Shown: positions 10,455-19,521 of the stretch, one piece after another
Position numbering within the stretch: position 1 is the first letter of the stretch
Layout: every line of letters starts with the position of its first letter
Source of the DNA: an uncultured Desulfurellales bacterium
GTDB taxonomy: Bacteria; Campylobacterota_A; Desulfurellia; Desulfurellales; Hippeaceae
Length of the DNA: 64,000 nt
Direction of reading: 5' to 3'
NCBI GenBank assembly: GCA_964544085.1
Contig: CAZIZT010000027.1
Coordinates: forward strand, 33,676 to 97,675
Translations under genes and position numbers: made by a program
The notes under the pieces: generated by a model
What the model saw: the letters and a program-made list of their open reading frames with translations, nothing else
Told to the model about the DNA's origin: nothing
Databases searched by the model: none

Positions 10455-11780
10455 TCACTTTATTGTCACAGACGGCAGCCACGTGATGAGCTGCGGGAAG
10501 ATGATACACAGGGCAAGCCCGATCATCTGAAGGATCACAAACGGTATAATACCCTTGTAGATGTGGACAAGCGTCATACCCGGGGGTGCCACACCCCTTA
10601 GGTAGAAGAGTGCATACCCAAACGGGGGTGTCAGAAACGACATCTGCAGGTTAATGGATACAAGCATGGCAAAGAACAAAGGATCAAAACCCAGCTTGTT
10701 TACTGCAATTGGTGTAAATATCGGTACGCACAGGAGAAGAATACCGAGCCAATCTACAAACATACCCAGTATGAACAGGATGAACATCATCATGGCAAGG
10801 ATGACCCACTTGTTGGAGCTGATGGCAAAAAGAAGACTTGTGAAGGCTTCACCGCCGCCGATACCCATAAAAATGGATGTGAAGAAATTGGCTCCGACAA
10901 ATATCAACATGACCATGCTTGTTATCTTTACTGTTCCATAGCCTGCATCGAGTAGCATTCTAAGGTTAACTTTCTTGTTGAAGGCTGCTATCAGCAGGGC
11001 ACCAGCACTGCCAAGACCGGCAGCTTCGGTTGGTGTTGCCACGCCGGCAACGATACTGCCCAGCACGGCAAATATAAGAAACAGAGGAGGAACCATGCTT
11101 TTGACTATCATTTCAAGCTTCTGTTTGGTTGAATAGACACGCTCTTCTTTTGGTATGGCTGGTCCTGCATTTTTGTTTATAAAGTTGCAGTAAACAAAGG
11201 TATAGATTAGGTATAGGGTGGAAAGCAGCAAGCCCGGAATGAAAGCTGCCATGAAGAGTTTGCCCACAGACATGTCGATCAATCCACCATAGACAACAAG
11301 CATGATTGAAGGCGGAATGAGAATCCCGAGCGTGCCCCCAGCTGTGATGACACCTGCGGTCAGCTCCTTCTGGTAGCCCCTTTTTAGCATTGCCGGTGCA
11401 GCAAGTAAGCCCATAGCGACAACGCTTGCACCAATTATGCCTGTAGTAGCAGCAAGGACTGTAGATACGACTATTGTTGCCATAGCCAAGCCGCCTCTCA
11501 CAGGACCAAACACCACGTACATAGCGTCATAGAGCTTATCAGCTATGCCGGATTTATCCAGGAATTGAGCCATGAGTATGAACAGCGGTATGGCGACAAG
11601 CACGTAGTTTGTCATCAGGCCATAGGTTTTGTTTGCAAAAATGAACAGGGCTCCCGGACCGTAGGCAATCATCCCAAATATTGCCGCCAGACCACCAAGT
11701 GTGATACCAAGTGGATAACCAAGAAATACGGCAATCAGCAGGGATATAAACATCGCAAAGGAGAGTATGTCTGCACTCAT
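10455..11780 (-). CDS. dctM: TRAP transporter large permease
   Basis: 441 aa polytopic membrane protein of DctM type, overlapping the small permease gene by 4 nt. Confidence 0.85.
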   Translation of the reverse strand: MSADILSFAMFISLLIAVFLGYPLGITLGGLAAIFGMIAYGPGALFIFANKTYGLMTNYVLVAIPLFILMAQFLDKSGIADKLYDAMYVVFGPVRGGLAMATIVVSTVLAATTGIIGASVVAMGLLAAPAMLKRGYQKELTAGVITAGGTLGILIPPSIMLVVYGGLIDMSVGKLFMAAFIPGLLLSTLYLIYTFVYCNFINKNAGPAIPKEERVYSTKQKLEMIVKSMVPPLFLIFAVLGSIVAGVATPTEAAGLGSAGALLIAAFNKKVNLRMLLDAGYGTVKITSMVMLIFVGANFFTSIFMGIGGGEAFTSLLFAISSNKWVILAMMMFILFILGMFVDWLGILLLCVPIFTPIAVNKLGFDPLFFAMLVSINLQMSFLTPPFGYALFYLRGVAPPGMTLVHIYKGIIPFVILQMIGLALCIIFPQLITWLPSVTIK

Positions 11781-12283
11781 ATTTCCTGACCCTTTCCTTT
11801 AGTGTAGATGGATTTTATCAGTTCAGCTATAGCCTGAAGCACAAGCATAGCGAAGGATATGGGCATCAGCGTTTTGAATGGGTAAATTGGAGGTGCCCAT
11901 GTTGATTGGCTATGTTCAAGTATTTGCCATGATTGTATGGTGAAGATTGTTGTGGATTTTAGGGACACGTACGCAAACGGGATAAGAAATAGTACAAAGC
12001 CGAGAATATCCAGCGCAAGCTGAACCTTTGGTCCTACTGCTGCGTAAATAACATCGATAGTAACATGCATTTTGTGTTTTAGTGTGTAACCCAAACCCAG
12101 AAGAAACATGGCTGCATATGACATGTAGCTGGCTTCAAAGTTCCAGATGAACGGGTGGTTTAACACCTTTCTAAAGAACACACCGACCACAACAATGATA
12201 AAGAGGAGGTAGCCTAATAGGCTGGCTACCCTCCCGAACCACTCGTTTACCGTATCTATGACCTTAACAAATTTCAGCAGCAT
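11777..12283 (-). CDS. dctQ: TRAP transporter small permease
   Basis: 168 aa with 4 predicted TM helices, placed between the dctP-like and dctM-like genes. Confidence 0.75.
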   Translation of the reverse strand: MLLKFVKVIDTVNEWFGRVASLLGYLLFIIVVVGVFFRKVLNHPFIWNFEASYMSYAAMFLLGLGYTLKHKMHVTIDVIYAAVGPKVQLALDILGFVLFLIPFAYVSLKSTTIFTIQSWQILEHSQSTWAPPIYPFKTLMPISFAMLVLQAIAELIKSIYTKGKGQEI

Positions 12284-12299
12284 GGCTCTTCTTCAACCC

Positions 12300-13403
12300 T
12301 TATTCGTAATGGTATCCGTGTATATACATCTCGTATGGATAGCACGAAACGCCGCTTCTTAGGACCTTCCAGCTTGCGTAGTGTTTAATAAAGTTGTCCT
12401 GCGATTCAAGCACCTTGTTTAAGAATTTGTGTTTGCTTCTCAGACCATCGATGTATTCTTTTGTTGTTTTTCTGAGTTTGTTCAGTGAGTCGTCAGTAAG
12501 TTTGTTGAATTTGACGCCATCCTTTTTGTATTTCTCAATGTAGATTCCGTTGTAAAATTCGCTTCTTGTCATATCCCATAGCTGCGTGTCAACAGATGCA
12601 ATATAGAGCACTTTCTTCAATCTATCGGGCAATTTATCGTATGCTTTCTTGTTAACATCAAACATCAACTGAACAGCTGTCTGATGCCAGCCGGGTACCA
12701 TGATGTTCTTGGCTATCTCCTGGAATCCCATTGGATAGGTAATGTACGGTGTGGAGAACTCTGCTGAGTCTATCACGCCCCTTTCGAGGGCAAGGTAGAT
12801 TTCTCCGCCTGGAAGGGGAACAACAGAGACTCCCATGTTTTTGAGAATATCTGCAGCCCAACCCACGGTTCTTACTTTCATGCCCTTTAACTGCTCTATG
12901 TGCGTGATGGGTTTTTTGGTGAAGAAACCCATCTCCTGTCCGGAATTACCACCCATTAGCGGAATAACTCCGTACTGACCGTAGAGCTCTCTTGCAAGCT
13001 TCAATCCGCCACCCTGCATTAACCAGATAGAGTATTCCACATCGTTCATGCCAAACGGTACAGAACCAAATGCGACGAAAGCCTGGTTCTTGCCCTTCCA
13101 GTATCCTGACCAGTCATGGCCCATTTCAGCTACACCGTTTCTTACGGCATCAAATACCTGGAAAGCAGGGACAATTGAACCTGCTGCATAAACCTTTATC
13201 TGGAGTTCTCCGTTTGATAGCTCTTCGACCTTTTTTGCAAAGTGTAGCACGGTTTGATGCCAGGGAATGCCTGTGGGCCAGGTAGTTATCAGTCTCCATC
13301 TGTATGTTTTTTTGGCTATCACCTCTGGTGCACCAATTGCCGAGATCGCGCCAGCTGCTGCGGTGACTCCAAGCGCTTTCTTAAAGAAGGATCTGCGCTT
13401 CAT
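12300..13403 (-). CDS. dctP: TRAP transporter substrate-binding protein (DctP type) with a Tat-like signal peptide
   Basis: 367 aa. N-terminus is MKRRSFFKKALGVTAAAGAISAIGA (twin-arginine-like). First gene of the TRAP/lactate operon. Confidence 0.8.
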   Translation of the reverse strand: MKRRSFFKKALGVTAAAGAISAIGAPEVIAKKTYRWRLITTWPTGIPWHQTVLHFAKKVEELSNGELQIKVYAAGSIVPAFQVFDAVRNGVAEMGHDWSGYWKGKNQAFVAFGSVPFGMNDVEYSIWLMQGGGLKLARELYGQYGVIPLMGGNSGQEMGFFTKKPITHIEQLKGMKVRTVGWAADILKNMGVSVVPLPGGEIYLALERGVIDSAEFSTPYITYPMGFQEIAKNIMVPGWHQTAVQLMFDVNKKAYDKLPDRLKKVLYIASVDTQLWDMTRSEFYNGIYIEKYKKDGVKFNKLTDDSLNKLRKTTKEYIDGLRSKHKFLNKVLESQDNFIKHYASWKVLRSGVSCYPYEMYIHGYHYE

Positions 13404-13503
13404 CTTAAACCTCCCTTGGTTAAGATTCTAAAAATTACTCAACAAATTAATTAACAACCCCCTATCTCCGCAAATCGTTGATGTGACACCACTCAGGTGT
13501 AAT

Positions 13504-13514
13504 TGGTATGACCA
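13504..13514. promoter_or_regulatory. Candidate FadR-subfamily GntR operator (TGGT-N3-ACCA, context AATTGGTATGACCA)
   Basis: Perfect inverted repeat TGGTatgACCA in the 233-bp divergent region between dctP and the GntR gene. It resembles the PdhR/LldR half-site pattern ATTGGT-N3-ACCAAT. Confidence 0.5.
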
Positions 13515-13636
13515 CCCTACCAAAAGCATACATTAATTTTTTTCTATTGTCAAGATATTTTAGGGTATGCTTAACAGCCTGCTTGCCCGGGTGAAAAAAT
13601 GTTGATTTCTTTAGATATTTTTTATACATTGGAAGC

Positions 13637-14365
13637 ATGTTTAGAGCTATTAAGCCCAAGCGAATTGCCGACTATATCGTTGAGCAGATAGAGAATTCCA
13701 TAAAACGAGGGGAGCTTTTACCCAACAGCAAACTGCCTTCCGAAAGGGAGCTTGCTCGTATATTTGAGGTCAGCCGATCATCTGTCAGGGAAGCCCTGAA
13801 TATACTCCAGGCCAAGGGTTTAATAGTGAGTACACAGGGTGAAGGTACGTTTGTCAGACCATTTACCGATCATATACTTGATGTTGATCTCAAAACGTTT
13901 ATCAAAGATGACCCTGCACTGATCTGGGACCTTGTTGAAATACGGAAGAATATAGAGCTGTGGGCAGTGAGGAAAGCTGCTGAAGTGGCAGACGAAGCCG
14001 ATCTTGAGATGCTTAAAGATGCTTTTAAGGAACTTTATGAGGATTTTATACATAAAAGAAACGATGAGCAGAGTGATGCTGAGTTTCACTTCAGCATCAT
14101 TAGGGCAACCAAGAATACCGTTTTGATGCACATGATGAGCTCCATATTCAAGTTGCTTAAAGAGGCAACCAATATGGGCCGACACTACCAGTTTGAGGTG
14201 AGAGGCCTTTCACGTGAGGGTTTGTTGAATGAGCACAGGGCGGTTTTTGAGGCAATAATGGAGCGTGATCCGGAGCTTGCTTACGAGAAGATGAAAAAGC
14301 ATCTGAGCTATATTGATGAGAATTTCAAGCGCTACCTGTACGAGCGCTATAACAGGGGTCAGTAG
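13637..14365 (+). CDS. GntR-family transcriptional regulator, FadR subfamily (wHTH plus FCD domain), LldR/PdhR-like
   Basis: 242 aa. N-terminal [31 protein letters not shown] followed by a helical FCD-type C-terminal domain. Divergent from the lactate operon. Confidence 0.85.
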   Translation: MFRAIKPKRIADYIVEQIENSIKRGELLPNSKLPSERELARIFEVSRSSVREALNILQAKGLIVSTQGEGTFVRPFTDHILDVDLKTFIKDDPALIWDLVEIRKNIELWAVRKAAEVADEADLEMLKDAFKELYEDFIHKRNDEQSDAEFHFSIIRATKNTVLMHMMSSIFKLLKEATNMGRHYQFEVRGLSREGLLNEHRAVFEAIMERDPELAYEKMKKHLSYIDENFKRYLYERYNRGQ

Positions 14366-16545
14366 AAAAGCTCTTTAAAGAAACGTTTGTGGTAGTCGGC
14401 AAGCTTCTCTATCTCAAGGTCCACAACTCCATTTATTTTCAACGTACTTCCGTGTGATAAGCCTATTTTTTGCACATCTACATCGTGGCTTCTGCACAAC
14501 TCAACGAGTCTATTTTCATTTGAGCTCTGCAGCAGGATAACACCCTGGGTTTCACTGAACAGATAGGCATCGGCTCTGACCTCAATTGGTAATTCCACAA
14601 CAGCACCTACACCACCCTTTATGCACATTTCTGCCAGAGCAACGGCGATACCGCCTTCTGATACATCGTGAGCCGAAAGCACGATGTTCTCATCTACCGC
14701 TTTTATCATCACAGCTGCGAGTTTTTCATGAAACTGCTGATTCACATCTGGTAACCTTCCTGCTTTGATGGAATGTATCCACTTAAAGTAAGCGCTTCCT
14801 CCAAGCTCATAGGACTTGATCTGGCCAAGCATATAGATGGGCATACCACCAACCAGCGCTATAGGTGGTGCATTATGTGGCTTATCGATGATACCCACCA
14901 TTCCTATCGTTGGTGTGGGAAGGATGTTCTTTCCGGCTGTCTCGTTGTAGAAGCTAACGTTTCCACTAACAACAGGCACATTCATCTTTCTGCATATCTC
15001 TGCCAGTCCTTCTGTTGCCTCTTTGAATTGCCACATTATTTCCGGATTTTCAGGGTTTCCAAAGTTTAGACAATCCGTCAGTGCTATAGGTTTGGCCCCA
15101 ACGGTGATAAGATTTCTGTATGCCTCAATGAAGGATAGTTTGCTACCCTTCGACGGGTTTATGTAAACATAAAGCGGATTAACATCTGCAGTCAGGGCAA
15201 TGCCAGTGCCGGTGGGTTTTATTCTCAGGACGGCAGCATCGGCTTCACCGCAGTCGCGCAGGGTGTTTGTCTGGACCGTGGAGTCGTACTGCTCATAGAG
15301 CGGTGATTTGTCGGCTATGTCTGGCGACGAAATGAGCCTCAACAGTACATCATTGTAATCGTCAGGCTCTTCTATGCTACTGAGATTCACATTCTCGATT
15401 TCGTTAATGTATGATGGTTTTTCAGCTTTTCGATTGTAGACTGGTGCTTCTTCAACCATTACACCCACATCGATTTTAGCTACTGTTTTTCCGTTGTGGA
15501 CAAGCTCGACAACCTTCTCTTCGATAACCTCACCAATAACCTCTGCATCCAGCCCCCATTTTTCGAAGATTTTCCTAACAAGCCCCTCCTTTCCTTTCTT
15601 TGCCACTATCAGCATGCGTTCCTGGCTTTCAGAGAGCATTATTTGCTCCGGTGTAAGGGGTTGTCTTGTGGGCACCCTATCCAGATATAGCCTTATGCCC
15701 ATGCCTGCTCTTTGAGCCATTTCGAAACTGCTTGATGTTAGGCCCGCTGCTCCCATGTCCTGAATGCCCTCGATTGCGTCATGCTCCATCAACTCAAGGC
15801 ACGCTTCAAGCAGTAGTTTTTCGGTAAACGGATCCCCAACCTGCACACTTGGCCTTTCCTTTTCGAACTCTTCGTCAAATGCAGCTGATGCCATTGTCGC
15901 ACCCCTTATACCGTCTGCTCCGGTTTTGGATCCTACATAGATGACGGGATTACCAGCCCCACTTGCTTTAGCGAGGAAGATTTTGTCCTTTTTACCCAGA
16001 CCGAGACAGAAGGCGTTGACGAGATTGTTGTAGTTGTAAGACTCATCGAACCCTGTCTGTCCCCCAACGGTGGGTACTCCGACGCAGTTGCCGTAATCAC
16101 CTATACCGCGCACAACTCCGTCAACGAGGTATCGAGTCCTTTCCGCATCTGGGTGACCAAAGAAAAGAACATCCATGTTGGCTATAGGTCGTGCACCCAT
16201 TGTAAATATATCCCTCATTATGCCGCCAACCCCTGTAGCAGCTCCCTGATAGGGTTCGATAAAGGAGGGATGATTGTGGGACTCCATTTTGAAGATTGCC
16301 ACGTAACCCCCACCTATATCCACAACACCGGCATTTTCACCCGGTCCTATAACAACATGCTTTCCTTTGGTGGGGAACTTCTTCAGGTGTATCTTTGAGG
16401 ACTTATAGCTGCAGTGCTCAGACCACATGGCGCCGGCGATTGCAACTTCTATCTCAGTGGGCTCTCTGTTGAGTTTGCTTTTCAATAGTTCATACTCTTC
16501 CTGTGTTAAACCTGCCCGTTTGAGTAGCTGTTCATCAATACTCAT
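14359..16545 (-). CDS. purL: Phosphoribosylformylglycinamidine synthase subunit PurL
   Basis: 728 aa. The N-terminus ([19 protein letters not shown]) and duplicated AIR-synthase-like domains are typical of small-type PurL. Confidence 0.92.
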   Translation of the reverse strand: MSIDEQLLKRAGLTQEEYELLKSKLNREPTEIEVAIAGAMWSEHCSYKSSKIHLKKFPTKGKHVVIGPGENAGVVDIGGGYVAIFKMESHNHPSFIEPYQGAATGVGGIMRDIFTMGARPIANMDVLFFGHPDAERTRYLVDGVVRGIGDYGNCVGVPTVGGQTGFDESYNYNNLVNAFCLGLGKKDKIFLAKASGAGNPVIYVGSKTGADGIRGATMASAAFDEEFEKERPSVQVGDPFTEKLLLEACLELMEHDAIEGIQDMGAAGLTSSSFEMAQRAGMGIRLYLDRVPTRQPLTPEQIMLSESQERMLIVAKKGKEGLVRKIFEKWGLDAEVIGEVIEEKVVELVHNGKTVAKIDVGVMVEEAPVYNRKAEKPSYINEIENVNLSSIEEPDDYNDVLLRLISSPDIADKSPLYEQYDSTVQTNTLRDCGEADAAVLRIKPTGTGIALTADVNPLYVYINPSKGSKLSFIEAYRNLITVGAKPIALTDCLNFGNPENPEIMWQFKEATEGLAEICRKMNVPVVSGNVSFYNETAGKNILPTPTIGMVGIIDKPHNAPPIALVGGMPIYMLGQIKSYELGGSAYFKWIHSIKAGRLPDVNQQFHEKLAAVMIKAVDENIVLSAHDVSEGGIAVALAEMCIKGGVGAVVELPIEVRADAYLFSETQGVILLQSSNENRLVELCRSHDVDVQKIGLSHGSTLKINGVVDLEIEKLADYHKRFFKELFY

Positions 16546-17191
16546 CCTGTCTCCTTAAAAGCATTGTAGTATACTCTTTGCCGAAAATATTTTTCTCGCA
16601 GACGAATCCCAGATTTGAAAACCGAGATTTAACGGTGAAATTTTCTTCTGGTATAATGCCTGAGAGTATCATGTAACCACCTTTGCGGGTTACTTCCGCC
16701 AGCTTTTGAGACATCTTGAGAATGATATCATAGAATATGTTTGCAAGCACAATATCGAACTGCTCCTTTAGAAACTCAGGAGAGGATGCCAGGATACAGT
16801 TGATATTGTCAGTTTTATTTAAAGCTGCGTTTTCAATACACTCTTTTACTGCTCTTTCGTTTATGTCGAATGCCACCACATTACTGGCTCCCAGTTTTGA
16901 AGCTGCAATTGCCAGTATTCCTGTGCCTGTGCCTACATCAAGGACGCTTTTGCCCTTGACATTTAGGTTTTCAAGTAGACTAATGCACTCTGCTGTTGTC
17001 TCATGTACACCTGTTCCAAAGGCGTAGCCATGAGTTAGGGTTATCTTAATGCGATCCTCGGAATTGTACCATGGTGGTGCAACAATGAACCTATTGCCGA
17101 TCTCTATCGTTTTAGCCTCATCCTTAAAGCGCCAATACATGGTGGTTGCATTATACAAATTTTTGACTTTCGGTAAAGCTCCGCTTGTCAT
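16535..17191 (-). CDS. prmA: Ribosomal protein L11 methyltransferase-like SAM-dependent methyltransferase (short form)
   Basis: 218 aa with PPW...[10 protein letters not shown] and [13 protein letters not shown] motifs as in PrmA. An in-frame stop 15 nt upstream of the ATG prevents any N-terminal extension. Confidence 0.6.
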   Translation of the reverse strand: MTSGALPKVKNLYNATTMYWRFKDEAKTIEIGNRFIVAPPWYNSEDRIKITLTHGYAFGTGVHETTAECISLLENLNVKGKSVLDVGTGTGILAIAASKLGASNVVAFDINERAVKECIENAALNKTDNINCILASSPEFLKEQFDIVLANIFYDIILKMSQKLAEVTRKGGYMILSGIIPEENFTVKSRFSNLGFVCEKNIFGKEYTTMLLRRQDEY

Positions 17192-17526
17192 AATCGTTAT
17201 TTTTCATCTGCAAATCCTTTTCGGATGGATAAAAATTGCGCTTTTAATCTGACTGTAATCTTTTATTTGTACAATGCCTGCGCTTGAGTTTCTTTGCAGC
17301 CCGTTTGACCGGTGCTGCAGGGAAAGGGGGGTTACCATTATCTCTGCGGTTGTGCATAGATGCACATTCAACAAGCCGGGTCGTCTGTACTTATCGCAGA
17401 AAGAAAATCATATAAAACTTTACAAGTGTTGGCTTTTTTAAAGATTGGTTTTGTGGCCATGGGAGGATTTGTCTGTCCATGCAGAAGGCAATGGGTTTTT
17501 CATAAATACACTTGTGAGGAGGTAGT

Positions 17527-19500
17527 ATGCGGGTTAAAGGCATCATTGCGTTGGTTGCGGTTTCGCTCCTGTTGCTTGCGCCCTATAGTAGAGGTACAAC
17601 ACAGGAGGTGAACCTTGGTGAGGTTGTAGTGCAGGCTACTAAGTCCCAAACGAAGTTGAAGGATGTGCCTGCAACTGTGTATGTTATTACAAACAAACAG
17701 ATCAAGGAGAGCACAGACGAAAGGAACATCGGTGATGTACTCTGGAGCGTTCCGGGTGTTTTCAGCCAGGATAAGAGGCACACCGATGCAAATGTTCTCT
17801 ATTTCAGGGGGGTTACCCTGCACGATCATGTTACCTATGGTATTTTGGTGCTTATTGATGGTATTCCTATCAACAATGCTGATGGATGGGTCGATTTTGA
17901 AGGCATCGATTTCAATAATGTAAAACGCATAGAGGTCATAAAGGGGCCTGTCTCTGCCCTTTATGGGCCTGATGGTACAGTGGGTGTAATAAACATAGTC
18001 ACGAAGAACCCACCCAAAAAACTCACAATGAGAGCATCAGCATCCTATGGATCCTACAGAACATGGAAATTCACAACATCCGCAGGTAAAACATTCGGTA
18101 AGGTTGGCGTGATGCTTGATGCTATGCGCTACGGTTCAAGGGGATACAGACCGCGCAACACGAACTACGAAAGCAAGTTCTCAAGCAAAGTGACAGGCGA
18201 TTTGGGCAAACTCGGTAGATTGCTGTTCACATTTGATTATGTCAATTCCGATAAGGATATTCCGGGGCCGCTGAATGAAGCCCAGTTTCTTGCCCGTGAG
18301 ACCGTATCCACGAGAAAGTTTGCCGGTTCCAGCATGGATTTATATAGGGCGGGAATCGGATACAAGAAGGCATGGGATACAGACTCTCTCCACCTTAATC
18401 TTTATTACCATGGCAAGGTTTATGATGGTGGCTACAGTGACAGCTGGGTTGAGCACTATTATCTGAACCTGTTTGGCGCAGAAGCAAGATTTATCCAGCT
18501 GTTCAATCTGGGTTCTCTTGCTAACAAGCTGACTGTAGGAACAAGTGGATACACAGAGAGCGGTACAACGAAGATCTGGGCGAGGAATAGTGACGGAAGT
18601 AAGGGAAGGTTTTTGAGCAAGGGATACGGTCTCTACAGGGCACTGGGTTTGTACGGTCAGGATCAGATAACAATTATCAAACCACTTAAAGCAACGTTTG
18701 GTTTGAGATACGATCAGATTTATTACAAATACGAAGAGAAGTATCCGGGTTCCTCTGAGGACACAAAAACGTTGCACGCGTGGAGTCCAAAATTCGGTCT
18801 GACTTATGAGTTTGTGAAAAACCACGTTCTCTATCTGGATATAGGAAGAGGTTTTATACCTCCGACGTTACGCGAGATGTTCACATCAAGGTATGCCAAC
18901 AAGGATCTGAAACCTCAGTACCTAACCGATTATGAGACGGGCGTGAGGGGTTTAATAGCCTCTGTTTTGAGATACCAGCTTGCGGTCTACTACATGAAGT
19001 TCAAGGATCAGATCCAGTATGATCCAAACACGGATACTTACGAGAATATAGGCGACACGAAGCATAAAGGTGTTGAGCTTTCATTGAGCTATAGGATACT
19101 CAAGCACATTACATTAAGTGGTAATTACAGTTTCAATATCTCTCGCTTTGACAATGACCCGGTATACGGTAACAACTTTGTCAAAAAGGCACCAAAACAC
19201 CAGCTTGCTTTGGGAGCACTCTATTCCAACAATGGTTTCTCTTTCGGTGTTTGGCTTCGAAGGATCTGGAAATACTACATGGACAATGAAAACACCAAGT
19301 ATTACGGCGGCCACACTGTCGTAAACGCTAAGGTCTCTTACAAGGTTAAGAATTTCTTTGCGTCTCTGTATGTGAACAACCTGCTGGATAACAACTATGC
19401 CACATGGGCTACAAGATATCACTTCGGAAGAAGAACGGTCGATTATTACTATCCAGGCTGGCCAGTTAACATTATGTTTACCCTCGGTATGAAATTCTAA
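17527..19500 (+). CDS. TonB-dependent outer-membrane receptor (copy 1)
   Basis: 657 aa with a signal peptide, a plug domain (VVVQATK..., IEVIKGPVSALYG), a beta-barrel and a C-terminal aromatic residue (...TLGMKF). Confidence 0.88.
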   Translation: MRVKGIIALVAVSLLLLAPYSRGTTQEVNLGEVVVQATKSQTKLKDVPATVYVITNKQIKESTDERNIGDVLWSVPGVFSQDKRHTDANVLYFRGVTLHDHVTYGILVLIDGIPINNADGWVDFEGIDFNNVKRIEVIKGPVSALYGPDGTVGVINIVTKNPPKKLTMRASASYGSYRTWKFTTSAGKTFGKVGVMLDAMRYGSRGYRPRNTNYESKFSSKVTGDLGKLGRLLFTFDYVNSDKDIPGPLNEAQFLARETVSTRKFAGSSMDLYRAGIGYKKAWDTDSLHLNLYYHGKVYDGGYSDSWVEHYYLNLFGAEARFIQLFNLGSLANKLTVGTSGYTESGTTKIWARNSDGSKGRFLSKGYGLYRALGLYGQDQITIIKPLKATFGLRYDQIYYKYEEKYPGSSEDTKTLHAWSPKFGLTYEFVKNHVLYLDIGRGFIPPTLREMFTSRYANKDLKPQYLTDYETGVRGLIASVLRYQLAVYYMKFKDQIQYDPNTDTYENIGDTKHKGVELSLSYRILKHITLSGNYSFNISRFDNDPVYGNNFVKKAPKHQLALGALYSNNGFSFGVWLRRIWKYYMDNENTKYYGGHTVVNAKVSYKVKNFFASLYVNNLLDNNYATWATRYHFGRRTVDYYYPGWPVNIMFTLGMKF

Positions 19501-19521
19501 CAAGTTAGAGAGGAAATCTAA

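Noticed and set aside
17192-17260. Fur-box-like AT-rich sequence (ATAATCGTTATTTTTCAT) near the prmA-like start.
   Set aside because: It matches the 19-bp Fur consensus GATAATGATAATCATTATC poorly and lies more than 250 nt from the receptor start codon.
16535-17300. Possible frameshifted or truncated prmA, because the protein is short (218 aa) and lacks most of the N-terminal L11-binding domain.
   Set aside because: An in-frame TGA lies 15 nt upstream of the ATG. The only upstream ATG is in another frame and terminates after about 18 codons. I found no evidence of a disrupted longer gene, so it is probably a natively short methyltransferase.
17290-17400. Possible cobalamin riboswitch upstream of the first TonB-dependent receptor (GGTGCTGCAGGGAAAGG..., GCGGTTGTG, AAGCCGGGTCGTCTG resembling the B12 box).
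   Set aside because: Only fragments match. The GGTGAAAATCC-like element, the GCCACTG element and a proper B12 box (AGCCAGGAGACCTGCC-like) are missing or badly mismatched. I keep it as a question for a covariance-model scan, not as a feature.
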